Positions 24,271 through 38,109 are shown, counted from the stretch's first letter. The stretch: 64,000 bases of DNA from Octopus bimaculoides (GCF_001194135.2 NC_068987.1:11332643-11396642), one strand, 5' to 3'. Notes: generated from the letters alone by a model not told the origin. Program-made: numbers and translations.

Positions 24271-24742
24271 AAAAGAAAAAAAGCAAAACTAATACTGAAG
24301 ACCCATGGAGCTTAAAGCAATGTTGGATACAATGCAACAAACTAGCAACACTAATCTCTTACAACAACAACTGGTAGACGTCTGTAAAGTTCTCATCTTT
24401 TTTTTTTTCTTTAAACCTGTAATTTTATAATTTTGTCAAATTATAAAGTGTTGAAGGGCTTGACCAATAATATCTGCCACACTGAAATTATAGCTTAAGT
24501 TAAGTTTGTCATTTCTAGAATTTTTTTTAGACACAACAGAACAATGCATTAATTCAAAAAAATTTCAGATCAATTGAAATGAAATGTGTGTGTGTTTGTT
24601 TTAATATGTTTATGCATAAGTGTGACTGTGTTTATATATTTATATTTATATATATATAATAGATATAGATTGATATATTCAATGGTGTTTATCAATTTTC
24701 AAACAACTGAATTTTAACTATTTATTATAATCGATATTTTTA

Positions 24743-24952
24743 TGTTAAGCTGGCAGAATTGTAAGCATGCCAAGCAAAATGCTTTGCAGCATTTCATGTC
24801 TTCATGTTCTGAGTTCAAATTCCACTAGGGTTGACTTTGTCTTTCATCCTTTCAGGGTTGATAAAACACATACAGGTTGAGCACTGGGGGCAATGTAATC
24901 GACTTAACCCCTCCCTAAAATCTGCTGGTCTTGTACCAGAATTTGAAATCAA
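24743..24952 (+). mobile_element. SINE family A
   Basis: AAGCTGGCAGAATTGTAAGC...CTGAGTTCAAATTCC...GAATTTGAAATC. Confidence 0.8.
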
Positions 24953-25276
24953 TATATATATTGTATTATGAAACGTTACCATTTGTTGTGTGTTTGTTAC
25001 TTCGGTTCAATATTAATGTTGTTTATTTTATATTGAAGATGTCAATTTCTCATCAATATCTGACAGTTGTTGAAAATGCTGAATATAAAAGCCACTGTCT
25101 AATTGATCAAAATGCTATCTTGGGCCCCTGCTGTTGGTTCCATATGGTTTGATCTTTCTTTTGTTTCAGTAATTGAATTGCGACCATACTGGGGCACCAA
25201 CTTGAAGGGTTTAGTCAAACTCCTCAACCTCAGTACTAACTTTTTTTAAATCTGGTAATTACTCTGTCATGGAAGT

Positions 25277-25490
25277 ACATAGCTTAGTGGTTAGAGTGTT
25301 GCACTCGTGATCGTAAGATTGTGGTTTCAATTCCTGGACCAGGTGGTACATTGTGTTCTTGAGCAAAACACTTCCTTTCACATTGCTTCAGTTCACTCTG
25401 CTGGCAAAAGTTTATAATCCTGCGATGGACTAGCATCCCATCCAGGAGGATATATATATATGCCTCAGAATGTAAGTAACTGGACATTTT
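25277..25490 (+). mobile_element. SINE family C (tRNA head, TTGTGTTCTTGAGCAA central domain, GCGATGGACTAGCATCCCATCCAGG motif)
   Basis: A/B-box head. The central motifs resemble conserved CORE/Meta/V-type SINE domains as recalled from the literature. Related copies at about 5367-5440 (+), 36030-36262 (-) and 47190-47378 (-). Confidence 0.7.
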
Positions 25491-26391
25491 TGAACCTATG
25501 GCTAAAGAAGGACCTTTGACCCGTTTGAAGGTGAGATGGGAAATAGAGACCTACCAAGTATCAATTTTGACTTACTGGTATTTCCTTTGTTAAGGGCTGC
25601 TTTTTCATTTTGCTTATGTTTAAAGAAAGTAGGAATATTTTAAGTAATTAACTTTAGACATTGTAATCACCAATTTGAAAGGAACACGAGGCTCTCTGAC
25701 AAGACTTGAACTGTGTATCTATCAGTGTAATTACTATATAATGACGCTCTACACTAGTGTAATTGTGGTCATTGATAGAGAATGGATAAGTGGTTCAAAT
25801 CCCATCAAAAGAGTTTCTGCTGGATTGACTCAAGACATTTCTTTGTCACTCTCACTGTCCATAAATGCAATGAACCATTGAACGAACTGCTGGAAAGCTG
25901 TAATCAGTGTCGATCTGTTTCACAAATTGCGATGTATAAGATTGGTAAATAATAATAGTTAAGCCAATAGTTGGGCTGCTGATCTCCAAAATTTGTTGCT
26001 ATTATAGAATGATGTTCTTAAGCCCAACATGTATCAGGCTTTAAGTGGACTTGCCTTTATAGTTGTTGTGTAATCCTACCCAGCCCTGATGAATCAGGCA
26101 ATTATGCAGATAAACAATTAGGGATAGTCACAGATTCAGTGTTCTAGGTATATTAAACATCTGTCTGCCTCGAAAGTTCTTAACGTGAGCAGAACCGCCA
26201 CCACAAAGGGGAGCAGTGAGGTAATATAATTAACATATCAAATTTTACCTATTGTAGTAATTATACTATACATGATAAAACTAGTAATGGTTGCTGAAAT
26301 AAAATGAGAGATTAGTAATGAGCTTGTTATTTCTAGCAGGTCAAACTACAGTAGCATCGTCCCTAATGGATCAGCCACTTTTAGGTGGCAA

Positions 26392-26468
<77 letters not shown>

Positions 26469-26679
26469 AGCAAAAATGCTAGTTATAAAATCTCTTTAAG
26501 AGATCAGTGCAGTAGTTGTACTGACAAGTAATATTCGTAGCCACTTTAACATGGCTGTCCATTCGAGCAGACCCTATTGTGATTTTTTAACCCCAAGAGG
26601 ACATCTCCTCTAGCTGGTTAATGATGCACAGCTGCATCTGATAAAATTATATAGATAGATAGATATATACAACTACATG

Positions 26680-26850
26680 TGAATCGTTGGCGATTTTTTT
26701 TCCTCTATCTTCCTATTCTTTTGGACTTTCCTCTGTCTCCTGTTTCTGAAGAAGAGCATCTGCTCAAAACATAAAACCACCTTTCTTTCCTTCCTTGGGC
26801 ATCTGCTAATACTTTGCATGTACCACACCCTTGCATTGTTGTTTTTTTTT
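26680..26850 (+). mobile_element. Penelope-like element terminal-repeat relic containing a decayed hammerhead motif (26742-26777)
   Basis: GTTT-CTGAAGA-A-GAGC-ATCT-GCTC-(A)AAAC-(A)TA-AAAC. Stems I and II are intact; two G-to-A changes sit at presumed CpG sites. Confidence 0.6.
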
Positions 26851-27059
26851 CTTGTGTTTGTTCTTCGTTTTGGGAGATTTACTATACATATATATATATA
26901 TATATTACAATAACCAGTAATATGTTGTGCATGTATAGTAATTTTATGATCATGAAATTAGCGTTAGCTTATCTCACACTTTCTTGTGGAACCCTGGTTG
27001 AGACACACTGCTCTATACTTTTAATCTCTCAACTAGCACAAAGCCACACTTCCCATTCC

Positions 27060-27278
27060 CAGTCAAGGGGTTTTGTCTTGCAAGGTACTTGATGACCCTG
27101 TTGGTGCTGGTGCCATATAAAAAGCACCCAGTACACCTTGTAGAGTGGTTGGTGTTAGGAAAGGCATCCAGCTGTAGAAACCATGACAATGGAGCCTGAT
27201 GCTGCTCCCAGCCTTGTCAGCTCTTGTCAAACCCTCCAACCCATGCCAACATGGAAAACAGACATTAAATGATGATGG
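27060..27278 (+). mobile_element. RTE LINE 3' UTR
   Basis: AAAAGCACCCAGTACAC...GGTTGGTGTTAGGAAAGGCATCCAGCTGTAGAAACC...CCAACCCATGCCAACATGGAAAA...(GAT)n. Further copies at about 31105-31235 (+), 33805-33998 (+), 34295-34482 (+), 38445-38630 (-), 46570-46682 (-) and 61440-61525 (+). Confidence 0.8.
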
Positions 27279-27984
27279 TTATGTGGTATGCATCCCAATA
27301 TGGTCTTTGGGTAGGCTAATTAAGCTATTGATATTTTATAATTAAATGACATTATAGAGAACATTACTATGTAGAAATACATGACCCATCAACTTATGCT
27401 TTTATTAAAATTTGCATAACCATTCAACCCATTTGGATAGAAAACTAATATAAAAGCATTAAAGTTAATAAAATGTAAATTACTATCTGCCTTCTTGTTT
27501 GTATAGACAGTTTCATAAATCCTTTTGCTTCAGACTAAAACTTTTTCTTTCTTTTTTTTCTTTCTCTTCTTTAATTAAATAAATCAATGTTATTCGTAGG
27601 ACTAAAGCTCTTAGAATTGTCTGTAATACTGTGCATCTTCAGCTTTCAGCTCCATAGCAGCTATTATTCATAGAAAAGAAAAGCAAAGCAATTAAACTAG
27701 AATTGTCAGCAAAATTCAAATTTACACCTGCTCCAGAAGTTGATGTGTTACCCTTTGCATTGCCTAGCAATCTATATGATGAGTCGAATTCACATAAAAG
27801 ACTTCGTTACAATGATGATGATGACGACGATGACGATGGTGGCGATGGGGGGATAGTATGTGTGTGTGTGTGTGTGGGGGTGCATTTATACATAAAACAT
27901 TTGTGGATATAGCTTCGAAAACCTGAGTGTATTTCAAAATATAGTCAAAATAGTTTACATTGCATCTACCACCATGATAATTAC

Positions 27985-28015
<31 letters not shown>

Positions 28016-28419
28016 CACACACACGCGCACACACACACACACACACACATATATAAATGTGCGTGTGTGTGTGTGTGTGCGCACACATGCATCAAATGCA
28101 GTAATGATGCAATTGGTAAAGTATTAGTTGAAATAGCAACACTCTTTTTAAAAGCTGCTTTGAACATTTAATATTGTCGATGTAGCAAATATTTAACCTA
28201 GAGGGGAAGAGCTTAAGTTCTTAGTTTGGCATCCTCGCCTCACTTGAGCCTCTCTTGGACGTCTCATTGAAAATTCTAGGTCTGACATGTTTTCAACATG
28301 AAAATGGTAATATCTAATGCCAAAATCACTTACCCATGACATAGCAAGCTGTTTATAAGATGTAGGCTATTGCTTTGCTGGTCGTTAGTCACTATGCAAG
28401 GGAACAAGTTGATATCTCT

Positions 28420-28895
28420 TCTTGCTTTCTCTTTTACTTGTTCCAGTCATTAGACTGCGGCCAAGCTGGGGCACTGCCTTGACGAATTTTAGTGAAATGC
28501 ATCAACCCCAGTACTTATTTATTTTTTTTTTTGAGCCTGGTATTTACTCTATCAGTCTCTTTTGCTGAACTGCTAAGTTATGGGGATGTAAACACATCAG
28601 CATTGGTTGTCAGACACACACATATACAACGGGCTTCTTTCAGCTTCTTATTTCTTTATTGCCCACAAGGGGCTACACACAGAGGGGACAAACAAGGACA
28701 GGCAAACGGATTAAGTCGATTGGTACTTATTTAATCGACCCCGAAAGGATGAAAGGCGAAGTCGACCTCGGCGGAATTTGAACTCAGAACGTAGCAGCAG
28801 ATGAAATACAGCTAAGCATTGCCCAGCGTGCTAACGTTTCTGCCAGCTCGCTGCCGCCTTTCAGTTTCTGTGTACCGGATCCACCCACAAGGCTG
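28420..28895 (-). mobile_element. SINE B host carrying a nested SINE A (tail type II) at 28644-28857
   Basis: The host motif GGGCTTCTTTCAG is interrupted; apparent TSD CTTTCAG at 28637-28643 and 28858-28864. Confidence 0.85.
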
Positions 28896-29963
28896 TGGTT
28901 AAAAAATTTCTTTATTTTCTATGTATGTGTGTCACTATAAGTAGCACATTTCACTCTGTTCATATTTCCNNNNNNNNNNNNNNNNNNNNNNNNNNNNNNN
29001 NNNNNNNNNNNNNNNNNNNNNNNNNNNNNNNNNNNNNNNNNNNNNNNNNNNNNNNNNNNNNNNNNNNNNNNNNNNNNNNNNNNNNNNNNNNNNNNNNNNN
29101 NNNNNNNNNNNNNNNNNNNNNNNNNNNNNNNNNNNNNNNNNNNNNNNNNNNNNNNNNNNNNNNNNNNNNNNNNNNNNNNNNNNNNNNNNNNNNNNNNNNN
29201 NNNNNNNNNNNNNNNNNNNNNNNNNNNNNNNNNNNNNNNNNNNNNNNNNNNNNNNNNNNNNNNNNNNNNNNNNNNNNNNNNNNNNNNNNNNNNNNNNNNN
29301 NNNNNNNNNNNNNNNNNNNNNNNNNNNNNNNNNNNNNNNNNNNNNNNNNNNNNNNNNNNNNNNNNNNNNNNNNNNNNNNNNNNNNNNNNNNNNNNNNNNN
29401 NNNNNNNNNNNNNNNNNNNNNNNNNNNNNNNNNNNNNNNNNNNNNNNNNNNNNNNNNNNNNNNNNNNNNNNNNNNNNNNNNNNNNNNNNNNNNNNNNNNN
29501 NNNNNNNNNNNNNNNNNNNNNNNNNNNNNNNNNNNNNNNNNNNNNNNNNNNNNNNNNNNNNNNNNNNNNNNNNNNNNNNNNNNNNNNNNNNNNNNNNNNN
29601 NNNNNNNNNNNNNNNNNNNNNNNNNNNNNNNNNNNNAGCAGCCATTGAATGTCTGTCAACGATCTGGCTTAAAGATAGTGCATGAAAACATACCTGAATT
29701 CGAGCCTGAGATCAGTCAATACCAGCTTGTTATGCTGGTGTTCACAAATATTGATATACAGGGGTTGAACAAAATAATTGAAGCACTCTTCTCTATTTTC
29801 TATAAGTTCAGAACTGTTCTATTTAGTATATATATATATATACGTAAGTATTATGCACACATTGTACATTTCAGTATAGTTTCGTTTCTTTTTTCTTTAC
29901 ATATATTTAAATAAGTTAGAGCTCAGATTGTGGGATCTTCAGTCACTAAAACTACTGAATTAT

Positions 29964-30102
29964 TTAACCTTTAGCATGCTGAAGGTGAATCATGTCACCA
30001 TACAAGTTTTCTCCCCTCCCAGTGCAGCACAGTGTACCTGCAGCTACAAGGGAGAAAAGTCATACAGCATCATGATTCACCTTTAGCATGCTAAAGGATT
30101 GA
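29964..30102. mobile_element. Small fold-back MITE with family-E-like termini
   Basis: TTAACCTTTAGCATGCTGAAGGTGAATCATG ... CATGATTCACCTTTAGCATGCTAAAGGATTGA, TIRs of about 31 bp. Confidence 0.75.
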
Positions 30103-31391
30103 TATTTTGAGACGTACAGTCTAAGATCATGTTGGCATTCCAAAACCAAGGCAAAACCAGCTGTGGAAAGCATAATTGTGGATAGAATGTGTGAAGTTCG
30201 CAGAGAAGGGCTGCAGAATAGTGGAACGTACTGTTTGGCCCCCTACTATGACTAATGCCAAAGGTAGTAACACTTCAATTTAACGAAGGTTTAGGTTTTT
30301 CAGAGGTACAGCCCCCTAAAAATCCCCTGCGTATTATAGTCAAGGGCAGACTATACTCGAGGATTTACGATATATATATATATATATAACTAGGAAAAAT
30401 CCAGAATGTGAAAATTTCCTAACAGTTCAGATGTAGATAGGGACACGCTATGATGAAGTAGAAAAGAAGTCCGTAGTGTTGATAGAGATAGATAGGTAAA
30501 ATCAATTGTGTTTATTGTTGAAAAATTTGCAAATGATGGAAAAGAGCTATGTGTATATAAATAAATATATCTCTATATATGTATGTATATATTTCTCCTC
30601 ATCAACTGTGTGGTAAAACTAGTTATTTAGCTGATTGCATTAGGCTTAACAATTCCTATATATTTATAAATGTTGTATAATATCAGCATGAACCATTGGT
30701 GATTTCAGTTCTGCTACAAGCTGAATTTACTGTTTAACTGTGTATAACACTATAACTACCATTACAATAGTTTGTTGTTACCAGTTAACTGGCGTGAGTC
30801 AGCTATCAAAACAAAAACAAAAAACAAACAGAAACTGAAAATAAAATAAAAAAAAGCTTGTTATTCCTGCTCTTTTATCCATCTTTATTTTCTTGTCCTT
30901 CCTCCCTTCTAAGTTCTTGGTTAGCTTAATCTAATGTAGCATTTGCTGGAATGTGCGTAAGCATTGTAGTTAATAAAATTAACCTGCCGTGGTGCAGTTC
31001 ATGATATAATTTGCAGAGATCTCGGTTTGCGACGGGGCCTCCGATAACAATATATTTTCTCATCTGTTGTGTGAGTGTGTTTGAAACCAGAATGCATTTT
31101 CAGACTTTTATTAAATAATCCCACTACACTCTTGGAGTGGTTGGCCTTCGGAAGGACATGCAGCTCCCCGGCTTGCCAGTTTCCAGAGAAATTGTCCAAC
31201 CATGCCAGTATGGAAGATAGATATTAAATGATGATGAATTACCTTAATATATTTTGAGTGGGATTTCAAGTACAGTAATTCTTCACCATTATTGCGGTTC
31301 ACCTATCGCAGTTTATTATTTAAGCGGACGTCAATTCCTCCGTGGTGTTGTTTTGCATTTATAATAAAATAAATACATACAAATTATAAAA

Positions 31392-31851
31392 AATAATTTT
31401 TGCTACTCTAAGCACAAGGCCTGAAATTTTTGGAGTGAAATTTTAGATCAACCTCAGTATGCAACTGGTACTTAACTTATTGGCCCCCCCAAAAGGATGA
31501 AAGGCGAAGTTAGCCTCGATGGAATTTGAACTCGGAACATAAAGACAGACAAAATACTGCTAAGCATTTCGCCTGGCATGCTGAACAAATAAGTTACAGA
31601 GATGGAGAGAAACTAACACCAATTGTCAAGCAATGGCGGGACAGGGATGGACACACACATACACACACATATCTTGTTTCAGTCTTTAGACTGTGGCCAT
31701 GCTGGGGCACCTCGTTGAGGAATTAACTGAACAAATCTTGCTACTTTATGGAACTGCTGAGTTACAAGGGACATAAACACACCAGCACCACTTGTCAAAT
31801 GATGCTGGGGGAGCAAACAGACACAAAAGCAAACACACACACACACACACA

Positions 31852-31883
<32 letters not shown>

Positions 31884-32075
31884 NNNNNNNNNNACATACA
31901 TACATACATGCACACACACAATGGGCTTCTTACAGTTTTTGTGTACCAAATCCACTCACAAGGCTTTAGTCAGCTCAGGGTTATAGTAAAAGACACTTGT
32001 CCAAGGTGCCACGGTATGGGACTGAACTGGGAACCATGTGGTTGAGAAGCAAGCCTTTTTAACCGCACAGACACA
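31392..32075 (-). mobile_element. SINE A (about 31392-31585) followed by SINE B pieces (about 31590-32075)
   Basis: Reverse-complement A and B motifs. Confidence 0.7.
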
Positions 32076-32974
32076 CTTCTGCCATAATTGTTTAAAAGAA
32101 CTTAAAAATCTACCCGCATATGATCGCTGGCAGTGCTCCAACATGGCTGCAGCCATAGGGCTGAAATGCATATAAAAGAATATAATGTGTGTAAACATTT
32201 AAGTAGGGTCTAGACAAATAATAGCAATAATAATAATAATAACCGGTTACTCATTCATATTCCTACCTGCGCCTATATTTACACAGGAAAGCAATATGCT
32301 GACAGCAGTCTCTCTCATACCAATATAGAAAGCACACACACACAGACAATACATTCACTACCTTAACTTTCACTTGAGTAAGTTAGCATAGGAAAGGCCT
32401 GCTGCTATAAAATACTTGTTCAAACAATTCTCTGCAAATGTTGAACATAATGGAGGGAGGGAAATATTAAAATAATTAGACTAGTAAACAAGGTTAATCA
32501 TTTGAGTAAGGTAAAGCTTGTGGCGATGTGTATCAGCTTGAATATATATATATATAGATATATATATATATATATANNNNNNNNNNNNNNNNNNNNNNNN
32601 NNNNNNNNNNNNNNNNNNNNNNNNNNNNNNNNNNNNNNNNNNNNNNNNNNNNNNNNNNNNNNNNNNNNNNNNNNNNNNNNNNNNNNNNNNNNNNNNNNNN
32701 NNNNNNNNNNNNNNNNNNNNNNNNNNNNNNNNNNNNNNNNNNNNNNNNNNNNNNNNNNNNNNNNNNNNNNNNNNNNNNNNNNNNNNNNNNNNNNNNNNNN
32801 NNNNNNNNNNNNNNNNNNNNNNNNNNNNNNNNNNNNNNNNNNNNNNNNNNNNNNNNNNNNNNNNNNNNNNNNNNNNNNNNNNNNNNNNNNNNNNNNNNNN
32901 NNNNNNNNNNNNNNNNNNNNNNNNNNNNNNNNNNNNNNNNNNNNNNNNNNNNNNNNNNNNNNNTCATTTAACAT

Positions 32975-33452
32975 ATACAGTTACTTGACTGTGGCCATGC
33001 TGGAGTACCGCCTTTAGTCAAGCAAATCAACCCCAGGACTTATTCTTTGTAAGCCTAGTACTTATTCTGTCTGCCCCTTTTGCCGAACTGCTAAGTTACG
33101 GGGACGCAAACACACCAGCATTGGTTGTCACATGATGTTGGGTGGACAAACACATACATATATATACAATGGGCTTCTTTCAGTTTCCGTCTACCAAATC
33201 CACTCACAAGGCTTTGGTCGGCCTGAGACGATAGTGAAAGACATTTCCCCAAGGTGCCACGCAGTGGGACTGAACCTGGAACCATGTGGTTGGTAAGCAA
33301 GCTACTTACCACACAGCCACTCTTGCATCTAGAGTAAGTACCAGGCTTTAAAAAGAGTTTTAAGTACTGGGGTCAATTCGTTCGACTAAAATTTCTTCTA
33401 GACAGTGCCCCAGCATGGCCACAGTCTAATGACTGAAACAAGTAAAAGAAAA
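32975..33452. mobile_element. SINE B (32975-33325, -) abutting a B 3' half (33330-33452, +)
   Basis: The two 3' halves are mutually complementary (TGTGGCCATGCTGG / CCAGCATGGCCACA). Confidence 0.85.
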
Positions 33453-33757
33453 GACATGACAAATAACCCAAGAATGGATGTTTAAATTGGCGTCAGCTGT
33501 CGCAAATTAAAACCCCATTTTGTCTTTTTCTTGGTACACTTCACACCACACAAGGTGTTCCATCCAAGTTATCAGATCGCTGGTAAATAATTGGAATTCG
33601 GAATTTCCTAACAGTGTTCAATCAGTATAATCAATACCTATGATGGTGGGTTATTTCACTGTCTACTCTGTGTGATTCTATCTAGCCAATTGGTGGCATC
33701 TTACATGTTTATGTACTTTGATTCTTAATGAACCCTTCAAACTAAACACATACACAC

Positions 33758-33791
<34 letters not shown>

Positions 33792-34021
33792 GTATATACA
33801 TATTGTCAGCGTTGCCTTATTGGCACATGTGCCGGTGGCACCTGAAAAACAATATTTGAGTGTGGTCGTTGCCAGTGCCACCGGACTGGCTCCCGTGCAG
33901 GTGGCCTGGTGCAGCCTTCTGGCTTGCCAGTCCTCAGTCAAACTGTCCAACCCATGCCAGCATGGAAAGCAAACGTTAAACAACAATGATGATGATGATA
34001 TACACACACACACATATATAT

Positions 34022-34252
34022 ATTTCTTTATTGCCCACAGGAGGCTAAACATAGAGAGGACAAACAAGGACAGACGAAGCGATTAAGTCGATTGCATCGA
34101 CCCCAGTGCCTAACTGGTACTTATTTAATCGACCCCGAAAGGATGAAAGGCAAAGTCGACCTCGGCGGAATTTGAACTCAGAACGCAACGGCAGCCGAAA
34201 TACCGCTAAGCATTTCGTCTGGCGTGCTAACGATTCTGCCAGCTCGCCACCT
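34022..34252 (-). mobile_element. SINE family A, tail type II, young, inserted in (TA/CA)n
   Basis: TTTCTTTATTGCCCAC...GGACAAACAAGGACAG...GATTCTGCCAGCTCGCC. Confidence 0.9.
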
Positions 34253-34839
34253 TATATATACATATATATACACACATGCATGCACAGTTGCATATATATT
34301 TATCGCCATGTAAAAAGCACTGAGTCTACTCTGCAGATCGGTTGCTGTTAAGAAAGGCATCCAACCGCAAAAACCCTGCCCACACAGATACAGTAGCCTA
34401 GGGTAGTTTTTCTACCTGACCGACTCCTGTCAACCATCCTACCCATGCATGCATGGAAGATGGACTTTAAACAATAATGATGATATATACATATATGTAT
34501 ACACACACACACATGTGTATGTATGCTATTGTGAGTATGAACCAAAACTCAGCATTTACTTTATTACTATTTAACTGGGTTGAACAGGGCAGTATATCTC
34601 AACATAGTTCAATTGTATCTATCTTACTTTATGTAGCAGAAAAGGTACTGAATTGGCAGGCTTATTAGAGTGGTGGTTAGATTTCCTTGTAACATTTGTT
34701 CTGACTGTGCTCTGGGTTCAGATCCCACCAAGGTCAACTTGTTGAATTTATCTTTTTTTTAAAAGTCGTCCGTTTGACATTTCCATATTCAAATGCTAAG
34801 TTACCACAACAACAGCATTGTTTGCTTTTATATACATGC

Positions 34840-34893
<54 letters not shown>

Positions 34894-35584
34894 TAACTTA
34901 GTTTTTTTTTATTTTTATTATTTTTTTTTTTTGCTTTTGTATTCTTTGCTAATTTCAGTCATTAAACTTGGCCATGCTAGAGCACCACTTCGAAGGGTTT
35001 TAGTCAATTTATCAAATGCTAAATTTAGAGATACTCTTTACTGATTAATGTGGCCAACACACACACACACGCGCGCACACACATAAATATACATATGGCT
35101 TCTTCACAGTTTCCATCTACTAAATTCACACACAAGGCTCCAGCTGGCCTGCTACTAGAATAGAAAACACTTTGGCCAAGAATGTCACCCAGTGGAACTG
35201 AACTCCCAAGCCATGAGATCGCCCAGTAAAAATCAATATTCAGTAATTTTAAAATTTATTCCTTGTCCATTACATTTCATTTCAAAATTCAGTTTAGAAT
35301 TTTTNNNNNNNNNNAAATGTCTGTGTAAATCTTAAAAACAACTTTTTGAAGATCACATTTCATTGTGGTGGGGACGGAAATGAAATACAGAGACCTTCAG
35401 TGTTGGAGTGTAAATAGATTTAGTTTCATCATCACATAGCATTGTAATGTGTTGTACACAGCAATTGTGTGCCCTACTTAACTATTTTGTTACACCTCTT
35501 AGTAAAAGTTTTTAGCTATGATTCATTCATTAGGAGTGTTTTTTCTGTTTGCTTTATTTTTTTATTTACATGCCTGAACAAGTA

Positions 35585-35616
35585 TCTATCCATCTATCTA
35601 TCTATCTATATCTATA

Positions 35617-35690
<74 letters not shown>

Positions 35691-36020
35691 TACAGATACA
35701 CACACACACTCACACACATATATAGATAGATAAATATATATATATATATACAAATACACTTGTATGTACATATATACAAATACACACACACATGTATATA
35801 GATATATACATAAATAGAAATAAATATACATATATATATAAATACACATATACATAAATACATACATTCACACATTTATAAACACACATATACATACACA
35901 TTTATACACGAATACACACGCATATACGCACATACACATGCATATACACACATACACAGGCATATGCACACATACATATGCAGTTACACATGTACATATA
36001 CCTATAGATACACACACACA
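35585..36020. repeat. Compound (TA)n/(CA)n/(CATA)n microsatellite; a similar tract lies at about 50590-50870
   Basis: Directly visible alternating purine-pyrimidine repeats. Confidence 0.95.
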
Positions 36021-36269
36021 AAAGTATAAAGCTCCTTCCCAGAGTCATTTAGACTCATAGGGCTGGTCCCAGTTTCTGTGGCATACACGTTCCCCACCTG
36101 GGCGGGACACCGGTCCCTCGTACGGTTACTCATTTCCGCCAGATGAGTGAACTAGAGCAACATGAAATGAAGTGTTTTGCCCAAGAACACAATGTGTCAC
36201 CCAGTCCAGAAATCAAAACCACAATCTTATTGCCATGACTGTAACACCCTAACCACAAAGCCCCCCTCC

Positions 36270-36445
36270 ATGGTGGCGAGCTGGCGGAATTGTTAGCATG
36301 CCGTGTGGAGGGCTTAGCGAGATTTCATCCATCGCTACATTCTGAGTTCAAATTCCACTGAGGTCAGCCTTGTCTTTATTCCTCTTGGATCAATGAGATA
36401 AGTAACAGTTGAATACTAGGGGTCGATGTCATCGACTTAAGTGTG
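36270..36445 (+). mobile_element. SINE family A
   Basis: GGTGGCGAGCTGGCGGAATTGTTAGC head and B-box. Confidence 0.8.
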
Positions 36446-37090
36446 GTAGGCTCATCAAACCAGTTAGGGTCTTAAGCTCAAATTCACAGCCTCTGCATCA
36501 GATTGTGGTTGATGGAGAGAATGTGCTGAGATCTTCATCCTGCAGTGAACCGAACACAGGCAATCCAAATCTGTGTGTGTGTGTGTGTGCGCGCGCGTGC
36601 ACACACACACACACACACGCATCATTGTTTAATGTCCACCTTCCATGCTGGCATATATATATATATATATATATGCAGAGATATAGATATACACATATAT
36701 ATTTTTTTTATTATTTATGCGCCCTTTTNNNNNNNNNNNNNNNNNNNNNNNNNNNNNNNNNNNNNNNNNNNNNNNNNNNNNNNNNNNNNNNNNNNNNNNN
36801 NNNNNNNNNNNNNNNNNNNNNNNNNNNNNNNNNNNNNNNNNNNNNNNNNNNNNNNNNNNNNNNNNNNNNNNNNNNNNNNNNNNNNNNNNNNNNNNNNNNN
36901 NNNNNNNNNNNNNNNNNNNNNNNNNNNNNNNNNNNNNNNNNNNNNNNNNNNNNNNNNNNNNNNNNNNNNNNNNNNNNNNNNNNNNNNNNNNNNNNNNNNN
37001 NNNNNNNNNNNNNNNNNNNNNNNNNNNNNNNNNNNNNNNNNNNNNNNNNNNNNNNNNNNNNNNNNNNNNNNNNNNNNNNNNNNNNNNNNN

Positions 37091-37147
<57 letters not shown>

Positions 37148-37754
37148 GAGAGAGATATAATAAACACACGTATGTATATATAATGTATATATTTGTAAAC
37201 TAGGCCAAGAAAATCAACTTTTATCATCACTCTGTGTTGCTTTCGTTGTTGTTAATAACCTTGAGTTTTTCCTTTCCTTAACTGCATTGCTTTAGTGATA
37301 CGCTCCAAAACAAACTCTTAACTAGTTAAAAATGTTTATATTATTTTTAGAAGCAACGAATTCTTAACATAAATGAGGTTGGGAGGAGGAGGAGGAGGGA
37401 TGTGGGGATGGAGTGGAGTAGTCAGTTAAGAAGAAAGTTATTTGATATTTTTAAATTTAACTTCATATACAGAAATTTGCCTCTGTTCTTATATCTTACT
37501 TCCTTGTGATATATTTAAAAGTTGCTCTTTCCCTCCTTATCTCTCTCTCTCTCTCTCTCTCTCATTCTTTTTTCTGTGAAGAGTTGTCTTGAAATGTTGC
37601 ATATGTCTTCTCTTGCACATATCACTGTTAGCATACCTTACTTCTTGCAGCTTACTGATTTGACTGTTGCCGTTGCTGTGCTCGTAGATGGTTTACCTAT
37701 ATACGCTATAATTAGGTGGGGCTGTTTATGTAGAAAACTAAACCAGCTGCTATA

Positions 37755-38098
37755 GGTGTGGCTGTGTGTGTGTGTGTGTGTGGCAAGAAGTTTGCTTCTC
37801 ATCCGCATTGTTCCGGGTTCAGTTCCACCCTGCATGGCTACCTGGGCAAGTGTCTTATACTATGTCCTTGGGCTGACCTAAGCCTTGTGAGTGGACTTGG
37901 TATATGGAAACTTTAAGAAGCCTGTTGCATGTGTGTGTATGTGTCTACGTCTCTGTGTGTTCCTGTAACTTAGCAGTTTGGCAAAAGAGACTAGGCTTAA
38001 TGATAAAAAAAATGCACTGGGGTTGATTCATGCAACTAAATTTCTTCAAGGTGGTGCCCCAGCATGGCCACCGTCTAATGACTGAAATAAGTGAAAGA
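37755..38098 (+). mobile_element. SINE family B
   Basis: Head with an expanded (TG)n; 3' GGTGCCCCAGCATGGCCAC...GACTGAAATAAGTGAAAGA. Confidence 0.8.
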
Positions 38099-38109
38099 AT
38101 ATATATATA

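Noticed and set aside
27703-27850. ORF MSAKFKFTPAPEVDVLPF...DDDDDD
   Set aside because: No polypyrimidine acceptor, the acidic run is a (GAT)n microsatellite, and no homology was recognised.
37640-37750. Hydrophobic ORF segment LTDLTVAVAVLV, faintly like GPCR TM2
   Set aside because: Weak similarity, no convincing donor, and no other helices nearby.
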